This document shows, piece by piece, positions 43,986-54,309 of a stretch of 64,000 nucleotides of DNA. The stretch comes from Firmicutes bacterium ADurb.Bin182 (GTDB lineage Bacteria > Bacillota > Clostridia > Christensenellales > CAG-138), in assembly GCA_002070205.1 (NCBI GenBank), contig MWCU01000054.1, forward strand, positions 11,968 through 75,967, in the 5' to 3' direction. The first letter of the stretch is position 1. Each line of letters opens with the position of its first letter. Position numbers and translations under genes: made by a program. The notes below the pieces were generated by a model. It did no database searches and was not told the DNA's origin. It was given only the letters and a program-made list of their open reading frames with translations.

Positions 43986-44945
43986 ATGAAGCGTTTTTTT
44001 ATTCTCTTTTTAATAATGATATCGGTTTTTTCGGCGTCCTGCGGCAGTCCGCCCGTGCAATACCCGCTTCCTCTCAGCAGGGAGGATGTCGAATCGGTCA
44101 TTGCTGGGCAGCAGTTGGAGTGGCGGTTTGAGGAAGCCCAGTCATTCGATGAGTTTCATACTATATATTCATTCAGAGACGATGACGGGGTTTTATTCGC
44201 TGTCGAAAGCAGAGGCGGCGATAAAGGCGAAAGATCTGTATCTGTTGTTATTCATACATCCGGTTATTCGGAAGATCAAATGCGGAAATTCCACGAGCGG
44301 GAATCATACATGCTGTTCGATCTGGCGGGATCGCTTTTTGGAAATCCCAAAGAGACTAAACGGTTTTTTGGCGATGTTGAAAAGTTTATGGAAAGCAAAG
44401 AATCTTGCGGGCAATACGGCCTGTCGGTTACGAAGCGGATAGGGGACAATCATTTTCTGTACGGGTTTTCCCCGTGGTCCGCAAAATCATCACAGAGTAA
44501 ATCGGGCAGGCTGACTGTCATGAATACCGCAGCTTTTGAGCGGCAGAATTTTATTCGCGCAAGGGGCACGGAAAACACTGCGAAGCTTGAAAACCGGCCG
44601 CTTGAAATTATGACGGTCGCCGGCATAAAGGCGGCGGAACCGGCCGTAGAAAGTTCTGATGAAGCCGACATACGCTTCGCAGTCCGCGGCCGACTGGAGG
44701 ACATACGGAAATTAAAGGATATTCCCGAATCGTTCAAGAATAAAGACGGCGAAACGCCGCTGCCGTGTATGGAGGATTACTTAATAGCGAAGCTTACGGA
44801 CGCGACGGGCAGCATGGAGGTTTATTTGCGCCCGACGTCATTAAGCAAGGAAGAATTAGGCGTGGAGCGCGACCATTACATGCAGTTTTTCAGTGCGGAA
44901 GAGTCCTTTTTCGTTATCGTTTTCAGCGCGCTGACCGGTTTATAA
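43986..44945 (+). CDS. hypothetical lipoprotein
   Basis: AAAGGAG RBS. Lipobox FSASC. No family recognised. Confidence 0.6.
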   Translation: MKRFFILFLIMISVFSASCGSPPVQYPLPLSREDVESVIAGQQLEWRFEEAQSFDEFHTIYSFRDDDGVLFAVESRGGDKGERSVSVVIHTSGYSEDQMRKFHERESYMLFDLAGSLFGNPKETKRFFGDVEKFMESKESCGQYGLSVTKRIGDNHFLYGFSPWSAKSSQSKSGRLTVMNTAAFERQNFIRARGTENTAKLENRPLEIMTVAGIKAAEPAVESSDEADIRFAVRGRLEDIRKLKDIPESFKNKDGETPLPCMEDYLIAKLTDATGSMEVYLRPTSLSKEELGVERDHYMQFFSAEESFFVIVFSALTGL

Positions 44946-44970
44946 TAAATGTGCAGCGGGGGTTTAAAGC

Positions 44971-45291
44971 ATGGAGCAGGGTAAAAATCAGTTTATTTAT
45001 GTGTTGAGGCTTGCGCCGCGCCTCAGGAAAGAGGAAAACTGGACGGACAGGGATGAAAACGCCGTAGAGCGTCATTTTGCCAAGCTCAAAGAGCTTTTGA
45101 ATGAGGGAAAGCTCCTGCTTGCGGGCAAGACGGAAGGACTTGACGACAAAACGTTCGGAATAGTGGTTTTTGAAGCCGAAACGCAGGAGGAAGCCGAAAA
45201 AATCGTCAGAAGCGACCCCGCCGTATCGGAAGGGGTAATGACGGCTGAGCTGTTTCCCTATCATGTCGCTTTGATGAGAAAATCGTTGTGA
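44971..45291 (+). CDS. YciI-family protein
   Basis: 106 aa. H..YL..L...G.LLLAG...........VFEA...EEA...V..DP pattern. Confidence 0.7.
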   Translation: MEQGKNQFIYVLRLAPRLRKEENWTDRDENAVERHFAKLKELLNEGKLLLAGKTEGLDDKTFGIVVFEAETQEEAEKIVRSDPAVSEGVMTAELFPYHVALMRKSL

Positions 45292-45464
45292 AGCTCCGGT
45301 CCGCTGTCCCTGTTTTTGAGCATATCCCCGCGCCCGCATCCGGATCGGTAGTTCGTGTAAATCCTGTTTTCTGTTTTCATCTTTTGATTGCCGCATCATG
45401 CTTCTTTTTCGGCATGCAAAAAAATGGTATAATATCAATAATTTAATGGAATCGGGTGATTGTC

Positions 45465-47255
45465 ATGTCAAGGACGGGTGCAAGCGCGCTGTTTTGCACC
45501 GCTTCGCGCTCCACGCTCAGGCTCGCGGCGGCTTCTCCGGACCTTACTCTGTGCGATCCGGAAGCGAACGCGGAGGAGATAATAAAGTGCATTATCCGCA
45601 GTGACGAACTGGATGTCTCCTACCTTGCCCTGCCCGAGCTTTGCATCACCGGCGCAACGGCGGGTTCGCTTTTATCGCACGATATTCTTTTGAATGCTGC
45701 GTCGCGCGCGCTGCAGCGGATATTGAAAGCCACGCAGAATACGAGCGTTACGACGGCTTTGGGACTTCCTTACAGAATGAACGGCAAGGTGCGAAGCTGC
45801 TCAGCGCTCATATGCGCCGGCAGGGTATACGCCATAATCCCTTCCGGAACGGGCGATGCCCCCTTCGGGTTTTTGCCCGAACTGGACTACGACCCTGTCA
45901 GCAAGCCCCCGCTTACGCCCATTCCGCGGCTGCTTCTAAGGTTCGGAAACGAGCTTTTCGACCAGGCGCCGAAAGCGCATCCGGGCTGCGTCATCCTGTC
46001 GCCCGGAGCCCTCAACGCGACGGCGACAAGCTTCGAACAACTGACTCAGTCGCTTTCTTCATACAGTGCCCGTACCGGCTGCGCCATCGCGTACGCATCG
46101 CCGAACCCCGGTGAATCGGGATCGTTTTATCTTTTCGACGGCGTTTGCGCCGTTGCGGCACACGGAAGCATACTTGCCGTCAGCGAGCCTTTTTCAAAGG
46201 ATCCCTTCGTTTATGCCGATGTGAATATGGCGGAGCTTTCGCAGTTTGAGCCGTATGTTTCCCCGGATGAAATAAAGGGCGATACTTATCTTTCCTGTGT
46301 GCCGGAAATCCAAAAGAAACAATGCCGCAGGATCCTTGACCTTCAGGCGGCGGCTTTGAGCCGAAGGCTCATTCATATGAAAGGGAAAGGTTTCGTAATA
46401 GGAGTTTCGGGAGGCCTTGACAGTACGATGGCTTTGCTTGCCTGCGCCGCAGCCGCGGATGATATGGGGCTTAAAAGGGACGCGGTACTCGGCGTGTCCA
46501 TGCCCGGTTTCGGAACGAGCGAAAGAACAAAGAGCAATGCGAAAAGGCTTGTTGAAGCACTCTCGTGCAAATATATGGAGATAAGCGTGAAAGGCGCGTG
46601 CGAGAGGCATTTTGAGGATATCGGCCACGATATCAAGGATAAAAGCATCGTGTTTGAGAACGCTCAGGCGAGGGAACGCACAAAAATCCTGCTTTCCTTA
46701 TCAAACAAGTATCAGCTTCTTGATGTCGGGACCGGCGACCTGTCCGAGTCGGCGCTTGGCTGGACCACGTTTTGCGGGGATCATATGTCCCAATATGCCA
46801 TAAACTCTTCGCTTCCCAAAACCGTTATAAGGCTTGTGGTAAGGGAGGCCGCGGAGCGATTCAGGGAAGCCGCGGATATTCTTGAAAACATATTGGATAC
46901 TCCGGTGAGCCCCGAGCTTTTGCCGCCGGACAAGGGAGGTATCACTCAAAAGACTGAGCAGATACTAGGCTATTACGAGCTTCATGATTTCTTTTTGTAT
47001 CAGTTGCTAGCGAACAAGGCGGGGCCCGCGGAAATATACCGCAAGGCGAAAGCCGCCCTTCCTTATGATGAGGACGAGATTTACCGGGTCCTCGGTATAT
47101 TCCTGAACCGGTTCTTTTCATCGCAATTCAAACGCAATTCCGGAACGGAAGGCCCGAATATTTTGCTGTCCGTATCGCCTTTCGCATTCGTGATGCCGAG
47201 CGATCTTATAGGCTCACCGTGGATGAAGGAATATCTGTCCATCAAAAATTGTTAA
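45465..47255 (+). CDS. nadE: glutamine-dependent NAD+ synthetase
   Basis: N-terminal CN-hydrolase-like domain plus PP-loop GVSGGLDST. Confidence 0.85.
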   Translation: MSRTGASALFCTASRSTLRLAAASPDLTLCDPEANAEEIIKCIIRSDELDVSYLALPELCITGATAGSLLSHDILLNAASRALQRILKATQNTSVTTALGLPYRMNGKVRSCSALICAGRVYAIIPSGTGDAPFGFLPELDYDPVSKPPLTPIPRLLLRFGNELFDQAPKAHPGCVILSPGALNATATSFEQLTQSLSSYSARTGCAIAYASPNPGESGSFYLFDGVCAVAAHGSILAVSEPFSKDPFVYADVNMAELSQFEPYVSPDEIKGDTYLSCVPEIQKKQCRRILDLQAAALSRRLIHMKGKGFVIGVSGGLDSTMALLACAAAADDMGLKRDAVLGVSMPGFGTSERTKSNAKRLVEALSCKYMEISVKGACERHFEDIGHDIKDKSIVFENAQARERTKILLSLSNKYQLLDVGTGDLSESALGWTTFCGDHMSQYAINSSLPKTVIRLVVREAAERFREAADILENILDTPVSPELLPPDKGGITQKTEQILGYYELHDFFLYQLLANKAGPAEIYRKAKAALPYDEDEIYRVLGIFLNRFFSSQFKRNSGTEGPNILLSVSPFAFVMPSDLIGSPWMKEYLSIKNC

Positions 47256-47273
47256 TAGGCGTCGTTATAAGTC

Positions 47274-47341
47274 TTTCATTCTGAGCTTGCGAAGGATTTT
47301 GTTCCCTTTTTTCTTGTCATTCTGAGCTTGCGAAGAATCCG
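47274..47341 (+). repeat. two 22-24 bp direct repeats TCATTCTGAGCTTGCGAAG(G/A)AT
   Basis: Copies at 47274-47297 and 47318-47341. Confidence 0.8.
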
Positions 47342-47447
47342 GTCGCTTCGGATTGCTGCGGGAGTACGCCGGTCGCTATTGTCCTTGGGACCGAATCATC
47401 GGTTATCTGCTTATTGCGCGGCGGCGCCGCGTTGAAAGGGTATCCCT

Positions 47448-49583
47448 ATGAAAAAACTGTTATCGTTGATTTTGATTATTACCGTGATTTTCATCTTAAC
47501 GGGCTGCGAAAAGCCCGGGGGAATCGAAATCTGCGCCCGTTTTTTGAATCATATCAAAGCCGGGGAGTACGAAGCCGCATACGATATGCTGAGCGCGTCC
47601 TCACGAAATGATACGGGGGAACCTTTATCGAATAAAATCTCGAAAGACGAGTTTATAGGCAAATATAAAGCCATATTCGATGAACTTCAGATCACAGGCG
47701 TTTCTTATGAGATATTCGCGTTCAAGGAAGGCGAAATAATCACTACGGCCGACTATACCATGACTTATTTTTCGGGAAAAGCGGGCCCGATGACGGATGA
47801 ATACCGCATGTCCGCGATACGAGAGTCGGGTTCGTGGCGCATCGAATGGACTCCCTCTTATATATTCCCGCAAATGGAATGGGGGGATACGGTCAGAGTA
47901 GCGAAAACGCAAGCCAAAAGGGGAGAGATCCTCGCCGAAGGAATACCGCTCGCCGCCAATGTCAACGCGGTGTCGGTAATCGCGAAGCCTTCAAAGATCG
48001 AGGACGAAGATTTTGTTGTGCGCCAGGTTGCCGTCCTTTTGAATATGACGGAGCAGGCGGTCAAAAAAAAGCTGGACAGCGCCTATAATGATTTTACAAT
48101 AATCAAAAAGACGTATCCGGACGGTATCGACTCATTTACGGAGCAGCAGCTGCTTCTTATACCGGGCATCGGCATCGATAAGTCAAACTTCGGCTTGCTG
48201 CGCGATTATCCCGAAGGCTCGCTGCTTTCGCATATACTCGGCTACACGGGTTTCGCGTCGGAAGAGGATCTTAATTATATCAAAGACCGGTGGCTGGATG
48301 CTCAAGGCATGTACAGCGCCGATTCGATAATCGGGAAATCGGGCCTCGAGTACAGGTTCGAAAGGGAGCTTCGGGGTACGGACGGGAGCTTCACCTATAT
48401 CGCGGCGCCTGACGGAAGCGTGAAAAGGACGCTGTATACGCAGGAGGTTCAAGACGGCCTGGATATCGAGCTTACTGTCGATATCGAGCTTCAAAGAAGG
48501 GCGGAGGAGCTCCTCAGGCTGACGCTGTTCGATGACATTACTGCCGGCGCCGTCATCGTAATGGACCCTCTGACGGGCAGGGTGGATGCGATGTGCTCTT
48601 ATCCTTCCTACGACCTCAATCTGTTTACGCGCGGCATAAGCGAGGAAGACTATCAAAAACTGCTTGCTCAAAAGAACAAACCGCTGTTCAACCGGCTCAC
48701 GCAGGGTTTGTACCCACCCGGGTCATTATTCAAGCCGTTTACAGCGGCCGCTGCGCTGGAGAGCGGGGCGATTACGCCGGACTACGTTTTTTCGGAACCC
48801 ATCGTCGACGATTACTGGATACCGTCCAAATACGGGCATTGGCAGTGGTCCGCAATAAAAAGGGCCGAAATCAAACACAGGGAAATGCCGCTCAACCTTC
48901 ACAGCGCAATTCTGCACTCGGATAATATCTATTTCGCCAACGCGGCTCTTCTCACCGGCGCCGGGGACTTTACTGAATTTGTAAAAGCCGCCGGTCTGGG
49001 AGAGGCAGTGCCCTTTGAGCTCAGCGTCAGCAGATCGCAGCTGTTGAACGAGAGCTCGCAGATGAATCTCATGCTGCTTGCGGATAGCGGCTACGGGCAG
49101 GGCGAGGTGCTGATCACGCCCCTGCAGATGGCGTCTTCGTTCTGCGCGTTCGCGAACGGGGGAAATATACCTGTTCCTTTTATCGTTAAGGCTGTTTACC
49201 GCACGGAAGGAACAGAATATACTGCGGAATATGAAACTCAGCCCCAAAACTGGAAGGAAGGGGTCATCCGCAAAAGGACGATAGACGTGCTTGAGCCCAT
49301 GATGAAAGACGTCGTCGACCCCAAATTCAACGGCACGGGCAACAAGCTTAGGGTCGGCAGCTGCAAAATCGCCGGCAAGACGGGAACCGCACAGATAGGG
49401 AACGACAGGAACCGTGAAATAGCCTGGTTTGCGGGTTATCGAACCGGAGTTGACGATGAGGACGCGCGGCTTGTGCTTGTCATGCTGGAGGTCCCGGCCG
49501 GCGAGGAATACAACGACTTTAAGTTTGATATCGCGAGGAAGCTGCTTAAGATGGATAAACAACAGCAGACGGAAGGGGATTGA
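47448..49583 (+). CDS. class B penicillin-binding protein (transpeptidase) with NTF2-like N-terminal domain
   Basis: Lipobox-like LTGC. SxxK (SLFK), SxN (HSDN) and KTGTA motifs. Confidence 0.85.
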   Translation: MKKLLSLILIITVIFILTGCEKPGGIEICARFLNHIKAGEYEAAYDMLSASSRNDTGEPLSNKISKDEFIGKYKAIFDELQITGVSYEIFAFKEGEIITTADYTMTYFSGKAGPMTDEYRMSAIRESGSWRIEWTPSYIFPQMEWGDTVRVAKTQAKRGEILAEGIPLAANVNAVSVIAKPSKIEDEDFVVRQVAVLLNMTEQAVKKKLDSAYNDFTIIKKTYPDGIDSFTEQQLLLIPGIGIDKSNFGLLRDYPEGSLLSHILGYTGFASEEDLNYIKDRWLDAQGMYSADSIIGKSGLEYRFERELRGTDGSFTYIAAPDGSVKRTLYTQEVQDGLDIELTVDIELQRRAEELLRLTLFDDITAGAVIVMDPLTGRVDAMCSYPSYDLNLFTRGISEEDYQKLLAQKNKPLFNRLTQGLYPPGSLFKPFTAAAALESGAITPDYVFSEPIVDDYWIPSKYGHWQWSAIKRAEIKHREMPLNLHSAILHSDNIYFANAALLTGAGDFTEFVKAAGLGEAVPFELSVSRSQLLNESSQMNLMLLADSGYGQGEVLITPLQMASSFCAFANGGNIPVPFIVKAVYRTEGTEYTAEYETQPQNWKEGVIRKRTIDVLEPMMKDVVDPKFNGTGNKLRVGSCKIAGKTGTAQIGNDRNREIAWFAGYRTGVDDEDARLVLVMLEVPAGEEYNDFKFDIARKLLKMDKQQQTEGD

Positions 49584-49586
49584 GAG

Positions 49587-50426
49587 GTGCCCGTAGAACT
49601 TGCTCCCGCTTACTTAAAAAAAACGAGGGAGCTAATTAAAAAGTACGACATTAAGCCCAATAAAGCGCTCGGGCAGAATTTTCTTGTCAGCGGTGAAGCG
49701 GTGCGCCGCATAATCGAGGCGCTGGAGCCGGACGGGAGGAATGTTTTGGAGATAGGGCCGGGGCTCGGGATACTGACGGAGGAGATCGCGAAAAGGGCGA
49801 GCAGCGCGGCCGCGGTGGAAATCGACGCTTCGATGGTAAACGTGTTGAGGAATGAGCTCGGCAATTATAATAATCTTGCCGTGATCCACTCAGATTTTCT
49901 TAAAGTCGATCACGAAAAAATCCGCGAAATGCTGGGAGAACAAATAGCAGTCGCGGGAAATCTGCCGTATTATATAACCACTCCCATAGCAACGAGCCTG
50001 CTCACAAGCCGGCTTGCTCCCGAAACTATCGTATTGACTGTTCAGAGGGAGGCCGCTCAAAGGTTCTTTGCCCGTCCCGGCGAAAGGGTATACGGCCCGC
50101 TGGCAGCGCTTTCTCAAACAGCTTATGATATATCGCCCGTTATGCGTATTTCCGCCTCCGGCTTTTATCCCGCTCCCGAAGTTGATTCGGCCGTTGTAAA
50201 GCTTTCGCGAAGACATGGGCCTTTGCCCGATATGGGAGCTTTTTCTTCTTTTTTGCAAACGGCGTTTTCCATGCGAAGAAAAACGCTCGGCAACAATTTG
50301 AACGGTATAGTTTCAAGGGAAGAAACCGCAAGAATCCTCGAATCCATGGGGCTCCCGGCGGACAGCAGAGCGGAAATGCTCTCTCCTTCGGAGCTGGCGG
50401 AATTTTCGGCCCGGATCGGGAGATAA
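49587..50426 (+). CDS. rsmA: 16S rRNA (adenine1518/1519-N6)-dimethyltransferase
   Basis: QNFL, LEIGPGLG and GNLPYYITTPI motifs. Confidence 0.9.
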   Translation: MPVELAPAYLKKTRELIKKYDIKPNKALGQNFLVSGEAVRRIIEALEPDGRNVLEIGPGLGILTEEIAKRASSAAAVEIDASMVNVLRNELGNYNNLAVIHSDFLKVDHEKIREMLGEQIAVAGNLPYYITTPIATSLLTSRLAPETIVLTVQREAAQRFFARPGERVYGPLAALSQTAYDISPVMRISASGFYPAPEVDSAVVKLSRRHGPLPDMGAFSSFLQTAFSMRRKTLGNNLNGIVSREETARILESMGLPADSRAEMLSPSELAEFSARIGR

Positions 50427-50555
50427 TATTGCCTTATATAAACGGGCTTGTATGGAATTTGCAATCAAGGTATAATATTCGCGTCGATATACCCCAGCTT
50501 ATAGTCGGTAAAGATAAAGCTAACAGCTTTAATATTTTTAAAGGAGCAAAAAAAT

Positions 50556-52136
50556 ATGAAAAATTACATTGAAAACCTCGGGATCCGTCACCCCAAAGCG
50601 GTTTATCGCAACCTTACCCCGGCAAGGCTCACTGAAGCGGCGCTGCTCAGAGGCGAGGGAAAGCTGTCCGAGACCGGCGCGCTGGTCGTAGAGACGGGGA
50701 AATATACCGGGCGCTCTCCCAATGACCGCTTCGTGGTGGATTATCCCTCCATTCACGGCGAGATCGACTGGGGAAAAGTCAATGTACCGATCTCTCCCGA
50801 AAAGTCGGACGCGATTTTCAAAAAGATAGCCGGTTATCTTCAGGGCAAAGAAATTTTCGTGTTTGACGGATTTGCGGGAGCAAATGAAAAATACGCGCTT
50901 TCCGTTCGCGTTATAAACGAGCTGGCAAGCCAGAATTTATTCATCCACCAGCTCCTCATCCGCCCGACTGAGGAACAGCTGAAAAACTTCGAGCCCGGTT
51001 TCCTAATAATAGCGGCGCCCGGATTCAAATGCGACCCGGAAGCGGACGGCGTCAATTCGGAAGCCGCGATAATCGTGGATTTTGAAAAGAAGATGGTTTT
51101 GATAGCTGGCAGCCAGTACTCCGGCGAAATAAAAAAGAGCGTGTTTTCTGTGATGAACTACATCCTGCCTCACAAAAACGTGCTCCCGATGCACTGCTCC
51201 GCAAATATCGGATATAAAGGCGATACCGCTCTGTTTTTCGGATTATCGGGCACGGGGAAAACGACTCTTTCCGCCGACCCCGACCGCAAGCTTATAGGCG
51301 ACGACGAGCATGGGTGGAGCGAGGACGGAATATTCAATTTCGAAGGCGGATGCTACGCCAAGTGCATAAATCTTTCAAAAGAGCATGAACCCCAGATTTG
51401 GAATGCGATAAAATTCGGAGCGCTCGTTGAAAACGTCGTGATGGACGAAACGACCCGCAGGCTGGATTTTGACGACGGCGGCCTCACCGAGAATACGCGC
51501 ACGGGATATCCCGTGGATTTTATTCCGAACTGCGCCATCCCGGGCGTGGGCGGACATCCGAAAACCGTCATTTTTCTTACCGCGGATGCGTTCGGTGTGC
51601 TTCCCCCGGTATCAAAGCTTGATAAAAACATGGCGATGTATCATTTCATATCGGGATATACGAGCAAGCTCGCGGGCACCGAGCGCGGAATAGTCGAGCC
51701 GCAGACGACGTTTTCGACCTGCTTCGGAGCGCCGTTCCTGCCGCTTCATCCGTCCGTATACGCCGAAATGCTCGGCAAAAAGATCGATGAGCACGATTCT
51801 AATGTTTATCTCATAAATACCGGATGGTCCGGCGGCCCCTACGGAGTGGGCAAGCGCATGAGCATAAAGCATACGCGCGCAATGGTCACGGCCGCTCTCA
51901 ACGGCGATCTTGAAAAGGGCGAATTCGTTTTGGACCCCGTATTCAACGTTTTGGTCCCGACGGCGTGCCCCGGCGTTCCCTCCGATGTTCTAAGCCCGAG
52001 GAAGGTATGGGCGGACAAGGTAGCCTATGACAGGCAGGCGAAAGACCTGGCGGCACGCTTCGTAAAGAACTTCAAGCAGTACACGGGCATGAAGCAGGAG
52101 ATAATAGACGCGGGACCTAAAGTAAACATTGATTAA
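50556..52136 (+). CDS. pckA: phosphoenolpyruvate carboxykinase (ATP)
   Basis: [19 protein letters not shown] and GGCYAK motifs. Confidence 0.95.
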   Translation: MKNYIENLGIRHPKAVYRNLTPARLTEAALLRGEGKLSETGALVVETGKYTGRSPNDRFVVDYPSIHGEIDWGKVNVPISPEKSDAIFKKIAGYLQGKEIFVFDGFAGANEKYALSVRVINELASQNLFIHQLLIRPTEEQLKNFEPGFLIIAAPGFKCDPEADGVNSEAAIIVDFEKKMVLIAGSQYSGEIKKSVFSVMNYILPHKNVLPMHCSANIGYKGDTALFFGLSGTGKTTLSADPDRKLIGDDEHGWSEDGIFNFEGGCYAKCINLSKEHEPQIWNAIKFGALVENVVMDETTRRLDFDDGGLTENTRTGYPVDFIPNCAIPGVGGHPKTVIFLTADAFGVLPPVSKLDKNMAMYHFISGYTSKLAGTERGIVEPQTTFSTCFGAPFLPLHPSVYAEMLGKKIDEHDSNVYLINTGWSGGPYGVGKRMSIKHTRAMVTAALNGDLEKGEFVLDPVFNVLVPTACPGVPSDVLSPRKVWADKVAYDRQAKDLAARFVKNFKQYTGMKQEIIDAGPKVNID

Positions 52137-52244
52137 GTCGGGCACATCACTGGTTCTTTTTTCGCCCGGGTTCGTTAAAAATGCTTGAAATAGCTCTGCT
52201 ATTACTGCGCTTTTTGCCTTGACGGACAAAAAAATTCCTCGCTG

Positions 52245-52331
52245 TGCCGACAACCCTCCCATTAATCAGTGTTTACTAAAGCGTAATTGATTGAAACACG
52301 TTCAAGAGGCAATGCAAACATGCATTGCCTC
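52245..52331 (+). repeat. ~87-bp direct repeat R1 (ends in the GGCAATGCA hairpin), copy 1
   Basis: TGCCGACAACCCTCCC..TAATCAGTG...AAGCGTAATT...AGAGGCAATGCAAACATGCATTGCCTC. A diverged copy lies at 54189-54273. Confidence 0.8.
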
Positions 52332-52336
52332 AGATC

Positions 52337-52527
52337 GTCAAAAAACCCTCATGGGGATTATCAAGGGGTCGAAATCCCTTGATTTCCATTCCGGCTTCGG
52401 CGGCATGTACGTCGAAACGGATGAAATCCGTATGGATTTCGTACTTTGCATGCTTTGCCGCCGGAAATCTCTGATTTTAGGCAAAGCATGAAAATCTCGA
52501 AAAAGTCTGCAATGACTTTTTCGACAC
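52337..52527 (+). repeat. structured dispersed element, copy B
   Basis: See copies A and C. Confidence 0.85.
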
Positions 52528-52532
52528 TCTCG

Positions 52533-52554
52533 GGCAATGCAAACCTGCATTGCC
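52533..52554 (+). repeat. second copy of the GGCAATGCA..TGCATTGCC hairpin
   Basis: Differs from 52309-52330 by one loop base. Confidence 0.85.
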
Positions 52555-52665
52555 TTTTATGATAGTGCCGGTTAAGTTAATCGCCTTTTCTATGATTCAG
52601 GAGCATTTTACGTTTGCAAACAGATCGAAATGTATGTTTGTTTAAAATCGTTTGTTATCATATAT

Positions 52666-52694
52666 GTTGACAAATGGTACGAAGTATGCCATAA
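52666..52694 (+). promoter_or_regulatory. sigma70-like promoter of the abiE operon
   Basis: TTGACA, 17-nt spacer, CATAAT. Confidence 0.5.
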
Positions 52695-52731
52695 TATCGT
52701 GTCAATTGTAAACAGAAGGGTGGAGATGCAG

Positions 52732-53334
52732 ATGACGTCTATGGATATTATGGATAACCTGTCAACCGTCTCCCGCCAAAACAACGGGTTGATCCTCACT
52801 AAAGCAGCTGAAGCAAACGGAGTTTCGAGAGCAATGTTATCTAAGCTTTGCAAGAAAGGAACGCTGTTTCGTATCGCTGCGGGTCAGTATGTGTTTGCTT
52901 CCGAGCTCGGCGATGAGATGCTGTCGTTAAGCCGGCGTTCGGGACTGATCGTTTTTTCTCATGAGAGTGCTTTGTTCCTGAACGGCATTTCGGAGAGGAC
53001 ACCATTCGAGCATACGGTCACGATTCCAAGCTCGAAAAAACTTGCAGCGTCCATAAGCGAACACTGCAAGGTATATTATGTCAAAGATAAACTGGCACAC
53101 TTGGGAAAAACAACATTAAAGACTACCCTGGGTAATCCGGTTCCGGCATATGACCCGGAACGAACTATCTTAGATATCATCCGGAGTCGGAGAAGAATTG
53201 CTGAAGAGACCTTACTCTCATCGCTGAAACTGTACGCAGCAAGCCCAAAAAAAAATCTGTTGAATCTACGCGCTTACGCCGAAGCCTTTGGAATGACAGA
53301 AAAGGTCAGAAGGTATATGGAGGTGTTATTATGA
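52732..53334 (+). CDS. type IV TA system AbiEi-family antitoxin/transcriptional regulator
   Basis: N-terminal wHTH (GLILTKAAEANGVSRAMLSKLCKKGTLFRIAAGQYVF) followed by ..FSHESALFLNG. ATG 52732 sits 6 nt after GGTGGAG. Confidence 0.8.
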   Translation: MTSMDIMDNLSTVSRQNNGLILTKAAEANGVSRAMLSKLCKKGTLFRIAAGQYVFASELGDEMLSLSRRSGLIVFSHESALFLNGISERTPFEHTVTIPSSKKLAASISEHCKVYYVKDKLAHLGKTTLKTTLGNPVPAYDPERTILDIIRSRRRIAEETLLSSLKLYAASPKKNLLNLRAYAEAFGMTEKVRRYMEVLL

Positions 53335-54158
53335 GCGCGAACGCTATGAGCCTGAAAGCGAAGATACGCAGCCTTGCCAAGCAGAAAAGTATCCCCGCAC
53401 AAGTAATTCTGCAAAACTATATGTTCGAGCGATTTCTCGTCCGGCTTTCTGCATCAGTTTATAAAGATAAATTTATACTCAAGGGTGGAATGCTGGTGGC
53501 TGCGATTGTCGGTCTTGAAAACCGCGCGACAATGGATTTAGATACTACGATAAAAGACTTGCCGTTGACGCCTGAAAGCATCAAGACAGCTTTGCAGGAG
53601 ATAATCGGTATTGACATGGATGATGAAGTGACTTTTACCATCGGAAACATTTTGCACATCCGGGATAACGATGTTTATGGCGGATATCGCGTAATGATAA
53701 GCGTGCGATACGAAACGATTCTCACGCCGCTATCGATCGATGTATCCACTGGCGATGTCATCACGCCTCGCGCGGTAAATTATATCTTCAGAGGAATATT
53801 CGACGATGCTCTGACCTTTGATCTTTGGGCGTATAACATTGAAACCGTTATGGCGGAAAAGGTGGAAACTATACTGAGCCGCAGTGTATTCAACACCCGA
53901 CCGAGAGATTTTTACGATGTATATATCCTTTGTACAACGCAGCAGTTCGACAAGCAGGTGTTCCGGGATGCATTTTGTGCAACTGCAGTTCGCCGCGGAA
54001 CTGCTGAACAGATTAGAGATATTCCGTCTTCGCTTAAAACCCTTACAGCAAGCAATGAATTGCGAAATCTATGGGACGGGTTCAGGAGGCAATTTGCTTA
54101 CGCTGAAGATATAACCTATGACATGATAATCGGTAAATTGACAGAACTGCTAAATTGA
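53331..54158 (+). CDS. AbiEii/AbiGii-family nucleotidyltransferase toxin (DUF1814)
   Basis: 4-nt overlap with abiEi. FILKGGMLVA...RATMDLDT motif. Confidence 0.85.
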   Translation: MSANAMSLKAKIRSLAKQKSIPAQVILQNYMFERFLVRLSASVYKDKFILKGGMLVAAIVGLENRATMDLDTTIKDLPLTPESIKTALQEIIGIDMDDEVTFTIGNILHIRDNDVYGGYRVMISVRYETILTPLSIDVSTGDVITPRAVNYIFRGIFDDALTFDLWAYNIETVMAEKVETILSRSVFNTRPRDFYDVYILCTTQQFDKQVFRDAFCATAVRRGTAEQIRDIPSSLKTLTASNELRNLWDGFRRQFAYAEDITYDMIIGKLTELLN

Positions 54159-54188
54159 TGTTTTCGCGTGTCCTATACAATAGGAATC

Positions 54189-54273
54189 TGCCGACGACCC
54201 TCCCTATAATCAGTGCTTGCTGAAGCGTAATTATTAATGCAAGATAAGAGGCAATGCAAACCGCATTGCCTCT
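54189..54273 (+). repeat. direct repeat R1, copy 2 (with third hairpin copy)
   Basis: See 52245-52331. Confidence 0.8.
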
Positions 54274-54309
54274 TATAATATTTAAATGCGGCAAATGCTT
54301 GACTCGGTT

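Noticed and set aside
48726-49562. 278-aa minus-strand ORF.
   Set aside because: It lies antisense within the PBP gene.
52291-52491. 66-aa ORF across element B. Copy A conserves the same frame (GIIKGS..LD.HSGFGGMYVETDEIR).
   Set aside because: Copy C keeps the nucleotide boxes but breaks the frame with hairpin expansions that are not multiples of three. There is no RBS. The conservation is better explained at nucleotide or structure level.
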